64,000 bases of DNA. Source: an uncultured delta proteobacterium. GTDB taxonomy: Bacteria; Myxococcota; Myxococcia; Myxococcales; Anaeromyxobacteraceae. Shown here one piece after another: positions 43,811 through 57,706 of this stretch. The translations under genes were made by a program, and so were the position numbers. The notes under the pieces were generated by a model that was not told the DNA's origin, did no database searches, and saw only the letters and a list, made by a program, of their open reading frames with translations. Where the stretch lies: assembly GCA_963814585.1 (NCBI GenBank), contig CAWFDF010000013.1, positions 1 to 64,000 on the forward strand, in the 5' to 3' direction. Positions within the stretch are counted from its first letter, which is position 1, and each line of letters begins with the position of its first letter.

Positions 43811-45068
43811 GGGCGCGGTCGAGCAGCGCCGCCTGCCGTTCGGGCGCCGGTTCATGCTCTTCATGGCCGTGCTCGGCCCCGGCCTCATCACCGCCAGCGT
43901 CGACAACGACGCCGGCGGCATCACCACCTACTCGGTGGCGGGGGCGACCTGGGGCTACGACCTGCTCTGGACCCTCATCCCCATCACCGTGGCGCTCATC
44001 GTGGTCCAGGAGATGAGCGCCCGCATGGGCGTGGTCACCGGCAAGGGGCTCTCGGATCTCATCCGGGAGAACTTCGGCGTCCGCGTCACCTTCTGGATGT
44101 CGATCGCGCTCATCCTCGCCAACCTCGGCAACGTCATCGCCGAGTTCGCCGGCGTGGCGGCCAGCCTCCAGATCTTCGGCGTGCCCATCTGGCTCTCGGT
44201 CCCGGCGGCGGCGCTGGCGGTCTGGCTGCTGGTGCTGAAGGGGACCTACCGCTCGGTGGAGAAGTTCTTCCTGGTGGCGTCGATCTTCTACGTCGCCTAC
44301 CCCATCACCCTCTTCTTCGCCAGGCCGGACTGGGGCGAGATCGGCACCGCCCTGGTGGTCCCGCGCCTCCACGCCGACGGCGCCTACGTCGCCATGCTCA
44401 TCGGCATGGTCGGCACCACCATCGCGCCCTGGATGCAGTTCTACCTGCAGGCCGCCGTGGTGGAGAAGGGCATCAAGCCGGAGCAGTACGGCATGTCGCG
44501 GCTCGACGTGATCGCCGGCTGCATCGTCACCGACGTGGTGGCCTTCGCCATCGTGGTGGCCTGCGCCGCCACGCTCCACGGCGCCGGCGTGCAGGTGGAG
44601 ACGGCCGGGCAAGCCGCCATGGCGCTGGAGCCGCTGGCCGGCCGCCACGCCTCCTGGCTCTTCGCCTTCGGCCTCTTCAACGCCAGCTTCTTCGCCGCCG
44701 CCATCCTGCCGCTCTCCACCGCCTACTACGTCTGCGAGGCCTTCGGCTGGGAGTCGGGCGTGGATCGCACCTACGGCGAGGCGCGCCAGTTCTACTGGCT
44801 CTACACCTCGATCCTGGTGATCGGGGCCGCGGTGGTGCTCTGGCCCAGGCTGCCGCTGGTGCCCATCATGCTGGTGTCCCAGGTGCTGAACGGCATGCTG
44901 CTGCCCTTCATCCTGATCTTCATGCTCCTCCTCATCAACAAGGAGAAGCTGATGGGCCCGTGGCGCAACGGCCGGTGGTTCAACGGCGTGGCCTGGTCGC
45001 TCACCGCCGTGATGATCCTGCTGACCGGGTACCTGGTGGCGATCAGCCTGAAGGACCTGCTGGCCTGA
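43800..45068 (+). CDS. NRAMP-related divalent metal (probably Mg2+) transporter
   Basis: GPGLITASVDNDAGGITTYS and GTTIAPW, the NRAMP-related Mg transporter pattern rather than DPGN. Confidence 0.9.
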   Translation: MPAEGAVEQRRLPFGRRFMLFMAVLGPGLITASVDNDAGGITTYSVAGATWGYDLLWTLIPITVALIVVQEMSARMGVVTGKGLSDLIRENFGVRVTFWMSIALILANLGNVIAEFAGVAASLQIFGVPIWLSVPAAALAVWLLVLKGTYRSVEKFFLVASIFYVAYPITLFFARPDWGEIGTALVVPRLHADGAYVAMLIGMVGTTIAPWMQFYLQAAVVEKGIKPEQYGMSRLDVIAGCIVTDVVAFAIVVACAATLHGAGVQVETAGQAAMALEPLAGRHASWLFAFGLFNASFFAAAILPLSTAYYVCEAFGWESGVDRTYGEARQFYWLYTSILVIGAAVVLWPRLPLVPIMLVSQVLNGMLLPFILIFMLLLINKEKLMGPWRNGRWFNGVAWSLTAVMILLTGYLVAISLKDLLA

Positions 45069-45100
45069 CGGCCCGGCCGGGACCGGCCGCCGCGCCTCCC

Positions 45101-49134
<4,034 letters not shown>

Positions 49135-49139
49135 CTGGC

Positions 49140-50258
49140 GTGGACGATGGCGGCGGTCTGCCGGCGTGGCTCTCACCCGGGGCGCGGGTCCCGGTACGGT
49201 ACGTCGATATCGACGACCGCACCACCGCGGCGTCCGCGCTGGCCCAGGTGCGTGGCGGCGCGACGCTGATCTACCGCGGTGACTACCGGAACGCCCGACA
49301 ATTGCTGGCCGCCCTGGGGCGCCGCCTGGGCCAGCGAGACGCCCACCTGGGCCGGGGACGTGCCGCACGCGACCTGTTCCTGGAGGAGCGGCGCCGTCAC
49401 CGGCTGGAGCACGAGACGCTCTCGCGGCTGGCGGTCCCGGTCGAGGCCGGCCCGGGCGGACCGCGGGTGGCCCTGCAGAACGCCCCCGACGTGGCGCAGG
49501 CGCTCACCGAGGCGCTGGGCGAGCCGATCCCACTCCCCGGCGCGCTGCCGCTGCGCGACCTGCTCGGCATGATCGGCGCCCACGAGTGGCGCCGGAAGGG
49601 GGTCGAGGTGCCTTCCCTGGGAGCCCACCTGCACACCCGCTGGGGGGTCTTCGCCCCGGTGCGCGGCGAGCACGTCGAGCTCACCGCCGAGGCGGTGAAG
49701 CGCTGGCCGGTGGCGGGGAAGCGGGCGCTCGACGTCGGCACCGGGACCGGCGTGCTGGCGCTCCTGCTGGCCCGGGCCGGCGCCCAGGTCACGGCCACCG
49801 ACCTGCTCCCCGCCGCCGTGGCCTGCGCGCGGGAGAACGCGCAGCGGCTCGGGGTCGCCGACCGGGTCGAGGTGCTGCAGGCCGATCTCTACCCCGAGGG
49901 GCGATTCGACGTGGTGGTCTGCAACCCCCCGTGGCTGCCGCACGAGGCGGTGACGGCGCTCGACCGGGCCGTCTACGACCCGGGTGGCCGCTTCCTGGCT
50001 CGCTTCCTCGAGGGGCTGGCGTCGCACCTGGCGCCCGGCGGCGAGGGGTGGCTGATCCTCTCCGACCTCGCCGAGCGGCTCGGCCTGCGCGCGGAGGGGG
50101 AGCTGGACCGGCAGCTCGAGGGGGCCGGGCTGGAGGTGGCCGGCGGTCTCGAGGCGACCCCCCGCCACCCGCGCAGCCGGGACACCACCGACCCGCTCCA
50201 CCAGGTCCGCTCGCAGGAGGTGACGGCGTTGCGCCGGCTGGTGTCGAAGCGGGGGTGA
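49140..50258 (+). CDS. Class I SAM-dependent methyltransferase
   Basis: LDVGTGTG and CNPPW motifs; start uncertain. Confidence 0.85.
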   Translation: MDDGGGLPAWLSPGARVPVRYVDIDDRTTAASALAQVRGGATLIYRGDYRNARQLLAALGRRLGQRDAHLGRGRAARDLFLEERRRHRLEHETLSRLAVPVEAGPGGPRVALQNAPDVAQALTEALGEPIPLPGALPLRDLLGMIGAHEWRRKGVEVPSLGAHLHTRWGVFAPVRGEHVELTAEAVKRWPVAGKRALDVGTGTGVLALLLARAGAQVTATDLLPAAVACARENAQRLGVADRVEVLQADLYPEGRFDVVVCNPPWLPHEAVTALDRAVYDPGGRFLARFLEGLASHLAPGGEGWLILSDLAERLGLRAEGELDRQLEGAGLEVAGGLEATPRHPRSRDTTDPLHQVRSQEVTALRRLVSKRG

Positions 50259-50328
50259 ACCCGAATTTCGCGTTGCCTGCCGATCGGTGACGGCGCATGG
50301 GAGTGGATCGAACCCTCCGGAGGTCCCC

Positions 50329-50898
50329 ATGGCGTTCCTGGCGCAGCTCTGGTTGCCCATCGTCGTCTCGGCCGTGCTGGTCTTCGTGGTCTCGGCGGTC
50401 ACCCACATGTTCATCCCCGCCCGCCAGACCGAGTGGGGGCACCTCCCCAAGGAGGGCGACCTGCAGGAGGCGCTGCGAGGCGCCAGGCCCGGGCTCTACG
50501 GCTTCCCCATGCCGGCCAGCCCCGACCAGCGCAACAAGCCGGCGGCCATGCAGCGCTGGGCCGAGGGGCCGTCGGGCTGGCTCGCGCTGGTCCCGGCCGG
50601 GCCCATCGACATGGGGCGGAACCTCGGCCTCTCGCTGCTGATGAACCTCTTCGTGTCGTTCGTGGCCGCCTACGTCGCCACGCTCACCCTCGGCTCCGTT
50701 CCCCTCTCGATGGTGCCGCACGAGCGGGTGGTCTTCCGGGTCGTCAGCAGCATCGGCTTCCTGGCCTACGCCGTCGGGCCCATCTACGAGGCCATCTGGT
50801 TCTGGAGGCCGTGGAAGTCGCTGGCCTACACCGCGGTGGACGCGCTGCTCTACGGGCTGGTCATGGGCGGGACGTTCGGCTGGCTCTGGCCGAGGTAG
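50329..50898 (+). CDS. Hypothetical 4-TM membrane protein
   Basis: GGAGG RBS, hydrophobic segments, ends FGWLWPR. Confidence 0.8.
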   Translation: MAFLAQLWLPIVVSAVLVFVVSAVTHMFIPARQTEWGHLPKEGDLQEALRGARPGLYGFPMPASPDQRNKPAAMQRWAEGPSGWLALVPAGPIDMGRNLGLSLLMNLFVSFVAAYVATLTLGSVPLSMVPHERVVFRVVSSIGFLAYAVGPIYEAIWFWRPWKSLAYTAVDALLYGLVMGGTFGWLWPR

Positions 50899-50925
50899 GG
50901 TGAGCGCCGGCCGGCCGCACCTCAC

Positions 50926-51939
50926 CTACCGCTCCTTCAGCGCCTCCAGCTCCGGCGTCGTCGGTCGCAGCTTCCCGCTCTTCAGGAACCATCGCAGGGT
51001 GTCGCGCGCCGACTCCTCGAACGGCCGGATGGTGTAGTCGAGCTCCCGCTGCGCCTTGGCGCTGGTGACGAAGGTGTAGAGCGCGCTGGCCCGCAGCAGG
51101 TCGGGGTTGATGGCAGGCGCCGGCCCACCCAGGCTGGCCAGCAACCCCATCGCCTTGATCGCCGCCGACGCCAGCGCGTAGGGGACGCGCCGCGGGGGCG
51201 GCACGCCCGCCATCCGGCAGATCCGGCCGACCATCTCGTCCATGGTCAGGTTGTGGCCTCCGAGGATGTAGGCCTCTCCGACCCGCCCGCGCTCCAGCGC
51301 CACCACGTGACCGCGCGCCACGTCGCGCACGTCGCAGAAGCTGGCCCCGCCCTGCACGTAGACCGGCAGCTTCCTCCTGGCCAGGGCCATCACCAGCGAC
51401 GCCGACGACAGGTAGACGTCGCCCGGCCCCAGCACGAAGGAGGGGCGCACCACCACCAGCGGCAACCCGCGGGCGGCCAGGTCGAGGGCCGTCTCCTCGC
51501 CGCGCTTCTTGGACACGAAGTAGTGGAGCCCCAGGGTCTCGGCGCTCGAGGTGGTCTCCTCGTCCATCACCCGCGGCACCGCCGCCCCGCCCAGCACCGC
51601 CGTCGAGGAGGTGAGCACCGCCCGCTCCACCCCGGCCGCCAGCGCCGCGCCCAGCACCACCTCCACGCCGCCGGCGTTGGCCGCGAAGAGCTGCCTCCGG
51701 TCCCCGCCGATGTCGGGGAGCCCGGCGGCGTGGACCACCGCCTGGCAGCCCCGCAGCGCCTCCTCCACGCTGGGCCGATCGAGCATGTCTCCCCGTGCCA
51801 GCTCCACCCTGGTCACGTCGAGGTTGGCGAGGTTGGAGCCGGGCCGGACCAGCGCCCGGACCTCGTGGCCGCGGGCCAGCAGCTCGCCGACCACCGCTCC
51901 TCCGACCAGCCCGGTGGCGCCGGTGACCAGGGTCTTCAT
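50926..51939 (-). CDS. NAD-dependent epimerase/dehydratase (HpnA/DFR-like extended SDR)
   Basis: VTGATGLVG, YFVSK, VVRPS, DVRDVA. Confidence 0.9.
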   Translation of the reverse strand: MKTLVTGATGLVGGAVVGELLARGHEVRALVRPGSNLANLDVTRVELARGDMLDRPSVEEALRGCQAVVHAAGLPDIGGDRRQLFAANAGGVEVVLGAALAAGVERAVLTSSTAVLGGAAVPRVMDEETTSSAETLGLHYFVSKKRGEETALDLAARGLPLVVVRPSFVLGPGDVYLSSASLVMALARRKLPVYVQGGASFCDVRDVARGHVVALERGRVGEAYILGGHNLTMDEMVGRICRMAGVPPPRRVPYALASAAIKAMGLLASLGGPAPAINPDLLRASALYTFVTSAKAQRELDYTIRPFEESARDTLRWFLKSGKLRPTTPELEALKER

Positions 51940-51948
51940 GGCGCGGAA

Positions 51949-52320
51949 CTACGCCTCGGCCGGGGGACGGAAGCGCCGGACGGCCGCCAGCAGCTCGTCG
52001 AGCTCGAACGGCTTCTGCAGCACCAGGTCGGCCGCCCTGGCCGCGGCTCCGTCGGGACGGGTCCCGGTCATGAGCACGGCCGGGATGGGGCGGGTCGCCG
52101 CGTCGGCCCGCAGCCGCTCCAGGAACTGGGCGCCGCCCATCCCCGGCATGAACAGGTCGACGAGGATCACGTCGGGCCGGCTGGCCGCGAGCCGATCCAG
52201 CCCCTCGCCGCCGTCGCTGGCCTGGTCCACGCGGAACCCCTCGAAGCGCAGGTAGTCGGCCAGCGCCTCACGGAGCCCCGCGTCGTCCTCGATGACGAGA
52301 ATCGCCCCCTCGTCCCGCAC
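51949..52320 (-). CDS. Single-domain response regulator
   Basis: ILVIEDD, DVILVDLFMPGMGG, LQKPF. Confidence 0.88.
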   Translation of the reverse strand: MRDEGAILVIEDDAGLREALADYLRFEGFRVDQASDGGEGLDRLAASRPDVILVDLFMPGMGGAQFLERLRADAATRPIPAVLMTGTRPDGAAARAADLVLQKPFELDELLAAVRRFRPPAEA

Positions 52321-52371
52321 GCCGTCACTCTACCATCGTCACGGCGCGGCGGCCTCCTTCCCGGCGCGCCG

Positions 52372-54333
52372 TCAGCCACCGGGCCGGAAGCGGCGCTCGA
52401 TCCGGGTCCGCAGCAGCTCCAGCAGCCCGTCCTCCGCCAGCCCGGCCTCCGGCGCGAGCCGCAGGGTGAGGCCGCCGCGGCCCCCCACGGCCGCCCGGGG
52501 CGAGAGCGGCTTCACGCCCGCCCCGGCACGCCCGCCGGGTGACAGCCGGAGCGCCTGGCGCACCACGGGCGCCTGGTAGGGATCGAGGTAGAGCTCGGCG
52601 AAGCGCTCCAGCAGATCGTGCACGGTCAGCTCGGCCCGCTCCGCCGCGAGGAGCTGGAAGCCCAGCGTCGCACCGCCCAGCGCCACCCGCTCCTCGACCA
52701 CCAGCCCGAGGGCCAGCGAGACGGGCGCCAGCGCCTCCAGCCCCTCCGCCTCCCCGTACCGCCAGTAGCTCCGCAGCACGCCGCCGCAGCGCGGGCAGAC
52801 CACGCCGTGCCTCTCGTCGAGGCCGCGAGTCCGGAGCAGGTGCAGGCCGAGCACGGACCGGCGGCAGCGCCCGCAGCGCTCCTCGGGCCCCAGCACGCCC
52901 AGCACCGAGCGCGCCACCTCCGCCACCACGCCGTGATCGAGCGCCAGACGGACCCCGGCCGCCAGTCCCGGCTCGGCCAGCTGGGGCCCCGCCACCACCT
53001 CCTCCTGCCCGAGCCGCGCGCCGACCACGACGTGGCGTGGCGCCCTGGCCAGTGCCTCCGCCAGCGGCGGCGCCCCCGGCCACGCCGACCGCATCACCTC
53101 CCAGCGCGCCGCCAGGCCGGACGCCTCCGCCACCGCGGGCGGCGGGCGGTCGCCGGCCGCCTCCAGGAGGAAGGCCAGCACCGTCAGGCCGGCCTCCCAG
53201 GGCGAGCGCGCCGCCGCCTCCTCCAGCCAGCGGGCCAGCGCCCTGGCCGGCGCCCCGGCGCGCGTGAGGTCGAGCCGCGCCGCGCTCCGGCGCACCAGCG
53301 CGCTCTCCGCCAGCGGGTCGAACGGCCGCCGCGACAGCGCGCCGCCCCGCTTCCCAGTCGGTTCGCCCATCGCTCTTCGCCGCTCCCTTCCCAGGTCCCG
53401 TGCCACCCGCGCCGCGGCGTCGAGCCGCGCCAGCGCATCGACCCCGGCCTCCGCCGCCTCGGCGAGGAGGGAGGCCGCCTCCTCCGCGAGGAAGTCGCCT
53501 CCCAGCCCCTGCCTCGCCTGCGCCTCGCGCCACAGCCTCGAGGTCTCCGTCCCGGCCAGCCGATCGCGCTCGCGCCTCAGCGAGGCCGCGACCCGCTCCA
53601 GCTGCTCGATGCGGCGCGCCAGGTGGGCTCGCCGCTCCTCGTCGCCGAGCTCGCCCGGCGGCTCGCCGGCGCCCACCTTCTCGGCCATCAGCTCCAGCGC
53701 CGTCCGATCCTGCGCCGCCCACGCCGCGTTGACGCGGGCCATGAGATCGCCCAGGCGCCGCCGCTCGCCGTCGTCCTGCGCCAGGTCGGGGTGGAGCAGC
53801 CTCGCCAGCCGCCGGTAGAGCTGCTTCAGCTCCGCCGCCAGTTTCTCCGCCGTGGGCACCTCGACCGGCTCCTGGCCCCGGCCGCTGGCCGCCTCCGGGC
53901 TCCAGGACGCCTCGTCGCCGGGCTCCGTGGCGTCCCCGGCCTCGACCCGCCCGTCCTGGCCCGTCCGCCCCGCGCCGCGGCCCTTCCTGGCCGCGACGCG
54001 GCGCCCCCCTCGACCCGCCACGCGCCGCGCCGGCCCGCCGGGCGACGCGATCCGTGCGCGCTCCCGCTCCAGCCCCTCGGCGAGCACCCTCAGCCGGCGC
54101 ACCAGCCCCGCGGCGCGGGCCAGCGCGGCGTCGGGAGGTCCCAGGCGCCGCTCCACCTCGACGGCGAATCGCGCCAGGTCCGCCGACAGCGACTCGACCT
54201 CGGCGTCCAGCGCCCCCACCTCGGCCAGCAGCGCGACGAGGCGGGCCTGGGCCTCGGCCACCGGATTGGCGGGCCGCTCGCCGGCGGCCGCCAGGGTCAG
54301 GCGCCTGGCGAGCCCGCGCTCGGTCTCGGCCAT
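52372..54333 (-). CDS. J-domain protein with coiled coils and C-terminal CxxC-CxxC region
   Basis: LKQLYRRLARLLHPDL...MARVNAAW; CGRC and CPRC. Confidence 0.8.
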   Translation of the reverse strand: MAETERGLARRLTLAAAGERPANPVAEAQARLVALLAEVGALDAEVESLSADLARFAVEVERRLGPPDAALARAAGLVRRLRVLAEGLERERARIASPGGPARRVAGRGGRRVAARKGRGAGRTGQDGRVEAGDATEPGDEASWSPEAASGRGQEPVEVPTAEKLAAELKQLYRRLARLLHPDLAQDDGERRRLGDLMARVNAAWAAQDRTALELMAEKVGAGEPPGELGDEERRAHLARRIEQLERVAASLRRERDRLAGTETSRLWREAQARQGLGGDFLAEEAASLLAEAAEAGVDALARLDAAARVARDLGRERRRAMGEPTGKRGGALSRRPFDPLAESALVRRSAARLDLTRAGAPARALARWLEEAAARSPWEAGLTVLAFLLEAAGDRPPPAVAEASGLAARWEVMRSAWPGAPPLAEALARAPRHVVVGARLGQEEVVAGPQLAEPGLAAGVRLALDHGVVAEVARSVLGVLGPEERCGRCRRSVLGLHLLRTRGLDERHGVVCPRCGGVLRSYWRYGEAEGLEALAPVSLALGLVVEERVALGGATLGFQLLAAERAELTVHDLLERFAELYLDPYQAPVVRQALRLSPGGRAGAGVKPLSPRAAVGGRGGLTLRLAPEAGLAEDGLLELLRTRIERRFRPGG

Positions 54334-54349
54334 GGAAAGGACCTCGCCC

Positions 54350-54977
54350 CTAGAACTCGAGCCCGGCCCCGGCCGAGAGGCCGAACGTCGTGCCTCCCAG
54401 CTCGTACGGCAGCGAGCCGGTGCCGCCGGAGACCGGCTCCAGGGTCACGTCCTTCTTCACCAGGTCCCATCGGGCGAACGCCGCGATCGAGCCGATGACC
54501 TTCAAGGGACCGATGGGCACGCGCAGCACCAGCATGGGGCGGACGCCGACGTAGGGGAGCCAGACCGAGGTGGCGCTGGAGTAGTCGACGCTGCCTTCGC
54601 TGACGGCGATGTTGGAGATCTTGTGCCCACCCAGCTCGCCGAGCAGGTCGAGGCGAAGCGAGTCACCGAGCGGAAGGGCGAGGCCGACCACCGGCGTCAG
54701 CACCGCGCTGTCGGCGGTGCCGGAGATGGATTCCGCCCTCGTAGACGACCCCGAGGTCGAGGACCCCGAGCCGCAGCAGCCCGATGCCCCCCGTCATCGA
54801 GGCGCTGTCCTGCAGCATGTCCGTCCCCTGGCTGGCGATGCCGGCCTCCAGCCCGCCGACGTCGTAGCGGGAGACACCCCAGAGGAGCTGGAGGGAGAGA
54901 CCCCAGGAGTCGTCGGCGCGGACGGTGCCGGGTGCGACGAGGAGCGCGGCGAGGAGCGCGGCGGTGGGCAGGCGCAT
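54350..54977 (-). CDS. Probable outer-membrane beta-barrel protein, frameshifted near 54741
   Basis: Signal MRLPTAALLAALLVAPGTVRA in one frame and beta strands ending GAGLEF in another; removing one A restores EGGSISGTADSAVL. Confidence 0.65.
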
Positions 54978-55166
54978 CGTGGACTCCGGGTGGATGGAGG
55001 GCGAGGACCACGTGGAGACGCCCGGTGGCACGGGTCCATTCACCCCGGAGCATAGGTCCCGGCGCCGCGGGAGGCCACCCCGGCGTGGCGAGGCGCCCTC
55101 CGGACGAGGACGGGCGGCCGCCCCCGGAGGAGCGCCGCCCGTGCCAAGCCATCCAGCCAGCAGCGG

Positions 55167-55400
55167 CTAGGTCTTCTTGGTCTCGCCCTTCTTCTCGCCG
55201 GCCTTCGACTTGCAGTGATTGCAGGTGCACTTGTCGCCGCACTTGCAGGTGCCGCCGTCCTTGGTGCAGTGGCAGGCCGTGTCGGGCTTCTTGTCGGCCT
55301 GGGCGGTGGTGTCCTTGCCGTTCTTGCAGCCGTCGCAGGCGGAGGCCGGGGCGGCGAAGAGGGCGATGGCAGCGGCGCCGCCGAGCAGGTACTTCAGCAT
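55167..55400 (-). CDS. Secreted Cys/Lys-rich metallothionein-like peptide (77 aa)
   Basis: GAAGGAG RBS; signal ...FAAPASA; CDGC...CHC...CKC...CTCNHC. Confidence 0.72.
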   Translation of the reverse strand: MLKYLLGGAAAIALFAAPASACDGCKNGKDTTAQADKKPDTACHCTKDGGTCKCGDKCTCNHCKSKAGEKKGETKKT

Positions 55401-55454
55401 GTGTGTCTCCTTCGATGGGGCCGCGCGGGCGGCCGGTGGGGTCATGGGTTGACG

Positions 55455-55484
55455 ACCATAGGCGTTCCGATTGACCCCTGTCAA
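55455..55484 (-). promoter_or_regulatory. Sigma70 promoter with overlapping TTGAC-N4-GTCAA palindrome
   Basis: Minus strand TTGACA-18 nt-TATGGT; perfect inverted repeat at 55471-55484. Confidence 0.65.
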
Positions 55485-55572
55485 CGTGGCGGAAGGCCGT
55501 CCCGCAGGTCGCCGGCCGATCCCACCGAGTCCGTTTGTGCGATGCAGATCATGCAGTTAGAGTGCGCGCCCG

Positions 55573-56709
55573 ATGAGCCCTCTCGACCCCTCCAGCCTGC
55601 TCGCCATGCTGCGCGACCCCAACGTGGAGAGCGCCCAGATCGCCGAGGCGGCGGGCGTCCCTCGCGAGGAGGCGGGGCGCGCCGCGCGGCTGCTCATGAC
55701 GCTCCCTCGCGCCAAGGCCGAGGAGATCGCCTCGCTGCCCACGCCGCTGGCCACCGCCGTGCTCCACGCCGCGGCGCAGGCCGGCCGCGTCGACCTGGTG
55801 GCCTCGCTGGCGGCCCGCCCGGAGAAGGAGCTGGCCAAGGAGGCCAAGCGCCAGCTCCACCGGCTCAGGCTGCGCGGCGTGGCCATCCCCGAGGCCCCGC
55901 CGCCGGCCCCGGCCCTCCCGCCACCGCCCGAGCCTCCACCCACCGCGTACGGCTCGATCCTCGACGGGCAGGGCGAGCGGGCCGTCTGGCTCCCGCGCAA
56001 CGTGCCGGGGCGCGGCCTCGAGGTGGCGCAGGCGGTCTGCTCCGACGTGCGTGGCCTCGTCGAGCTGCACCTCGGCCTGGTGGGGCGCAAGGAGTGGCGA
56101 GCCTTCGTGAAGGGGCTGCTGGATTGCGGCGCCGCCATGGGCGTGGCCGAGCTCGACTGGGCCGAGGCCCACGCCCGGATCGCCGCGGCCCGGGCGCTCA
56201 ACGAGACCTCGGGGCAGCGGGTGCCGGACGGCGCCGACCAGTGGCTCGGCCAGCTGGGCCCGTCCCCGCCGCTCCCCGATCCCGTCGCGGCGCTGCCGGC
56301 GCTCGATGCCGAGGACGAGCGGGCGGCGCTGGCGGCCTCGGCGGAGCTCCACGAGCTCCCGCTGCTGCGCGGCTGGCTGGGCGAGGAGGCCTTCCTGCGC
56401 GAGGTGGCGGGCAGGCTGGACGAGGTGGAGAAGTCCCCGCTGGCGCTCGACGCCGCCAAGAAGGCCGAGCGGCTGCGCACGCTGGTGCGGGAGGCGGTGG
56501 ACCGCTACTTCACGCCCGAGCGGCGCGACCGGCTCGCCGGCCGGCTCATCGAGGTGGCGGCCTGGTTCGCCCGCACCGGCCTCCCCGACCGTTCGGCCCA
56601 GGCGGCCGCGGCTGCCCGGGCCCTGGCCGCCGGCCTCCCCGCGGGCCAGGTGCCGTTCGCGGCCCGGCTCATCGAGAAGGCCTTCAAGGTGGACGGCGCC
56701 GCCGTTTGA
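55573..56709 (+). CDS. Hypothetical helical protein
   Basis: 378-aa ORF with GC3 bias; TAGAGT 9 nt upstream of the ATG. Confidence 0.75.
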   Translation: MSPLDPSSLLAMLRDPNVESAQIAEAAGVPREEAGRAARLLMTLPRAKAEEIASLPTPLATAVLHAAAQAGRVDLVASLAARPEKELAKEAKRQLHRLRLRGVAIPEAPPPAPALPPPPEPPPTAYGSILDGQGERAVWLPRNVPGRGLEVAQAVCSDVRGLVELHLGLVGRKEWRAFVKGLLDCGAAMGVAELDWAEAHARIAAARALNETSGQRVPDGADQWLGQLGPSPPLPDPVAALPALDAEDERAALAASAELHELPLLRGWLGEEAFLREVAGRLDEVEKSPLALDAAKKAERLRTLVREAVDRYFTPERRDRLAGRLIEVAAWFARTGLPDRSAQAAAAARALAAGLPAGQVPFAARLIEKAFKVDGAAV

Positions 56710-56744
56710 CGCGGCGGGTCCAGAAGCGCTACGAGTCGCCCGGC

Positions 56745-57167
56745 ATGACCGCCCACCGCAACCCCGCGCCCACCGTGGACGTGATCATCTCGCTGCCCGG
56801 GGATCGGGTGGTGCTGGTGGCGCGTCGCTTCGAGCCGCTCGGCTGGGCGCTCCCCGGGGGCTTCGTCGACGAGGGCGAGACCGTGGAGGCCGCGGCGGTG
56901 CGCGAGGCGCGCGAGGAGACCGGGCTGGCCGTGACGCTGACCGACCTGCTCTGGGTCTACTCGGATCCCCGCCGCGATCCCCGCCGGCACACGCTGAGCG
57001 CCGTGTTCCTCGGTCGCGCCGACGGCGAGCCGCGCGGCGGCGACGACGCCGCCGAGGCCCGCGCCTTCGGCTGGAGCGAGCTGCCTGCCTCGCTCTGCTT
57101 CGACCACGCGGAGATCCTGGCCGACGCCCGCCGCCTGCTCCTCACCGGGACCCGCCGCCGCCCATGA
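56745..57167 (+). CDS. NUDIX hydrolase
   Basis: GGFVDEGETVEAAAVREAREETGL Nudix box; YSDPRRDPR. Confidence 0.93.
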   Translation: MTAHRNPAPTVDVIISLPGDRVVLVARRFEPLGWALPGGFVDEGETVEAAAVREAREETGLAVTLTDLLWVYSDPRRDPRRHTLSAVFLGRADGEPRGGDDAAEARAFGWSELPASLCFDHAEILADARRLLLTGTRRRP

Positions 57168-57706
57168 CCGCCCCGCTCCCGTCCGAGGCGCGAGCCGACC
57201 TCCTCGCCATCGCCCGCGCCGGAGTCGCCCACCGGCTCGGCGCCGGCCCCGAGCCCCGCCTCCCTGCCGGCGGCCCGCTCCTGGCCGCGCGCGGCGCCTT
57301 CGTCACCCTCGTGGTCGGGGGCGAGGTCCGCGCCGCCATCGGCACGCTCTCGCCCGGCGGGCCACTGGCCGCCACGGTGGCCAGCCTCGCCGCCCGCGCC
57401 GCGCTCGAGGACCCGCGCCAGCCACCCGTCGGCCCGGCCGACCTCCCCGCCCTCTCCGTCCGCGTCGCCGTGCTCGGCGAGCCACGCCCGCTGTCGGCCG
57501 GCGCGCCCCGCCCGGGCCTCGACGGCGTGGCGGTGAGCCAGGGCTGGCACCGCGGGCTGCTGCTGCCGTCGGCCGCGGCCGGGAAGGATTGGCCCCCCGG
57601 AGTGTTCCTCAAGCACGCGTGCCTCGCGGCCGGCCTGCCGGCCCGCGCGCACCTCGAGCCCGACGCCCGGGTCGAGGTCTTCGAGGTCGAGGAGTTCGGC
57701 GAGTGA
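57164..57706 (+). CDS. AMMECR1-domain protein (degenerate)
   Basis: GAFVTL, AALEDPR, GLLLP; the canonical LRGCIG reads VRAAIG. Confidence 0.8.
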   Translation: MTAPLPSEARADLLAIARAGVAHRLGAGPEPRLPAGGPLLAARGAFVTLVVGGEVRAAIGTLSPGGPLAATVASLAARAALEDPRQPPVGPADLPALSVRVAVLGEPRPLSAGAPRPGLDGVAVSQGWHRGLLLPSAAAGKDWPPGVFLKHACLAAGLPARAHLEPDARVEVFEVEEFGE

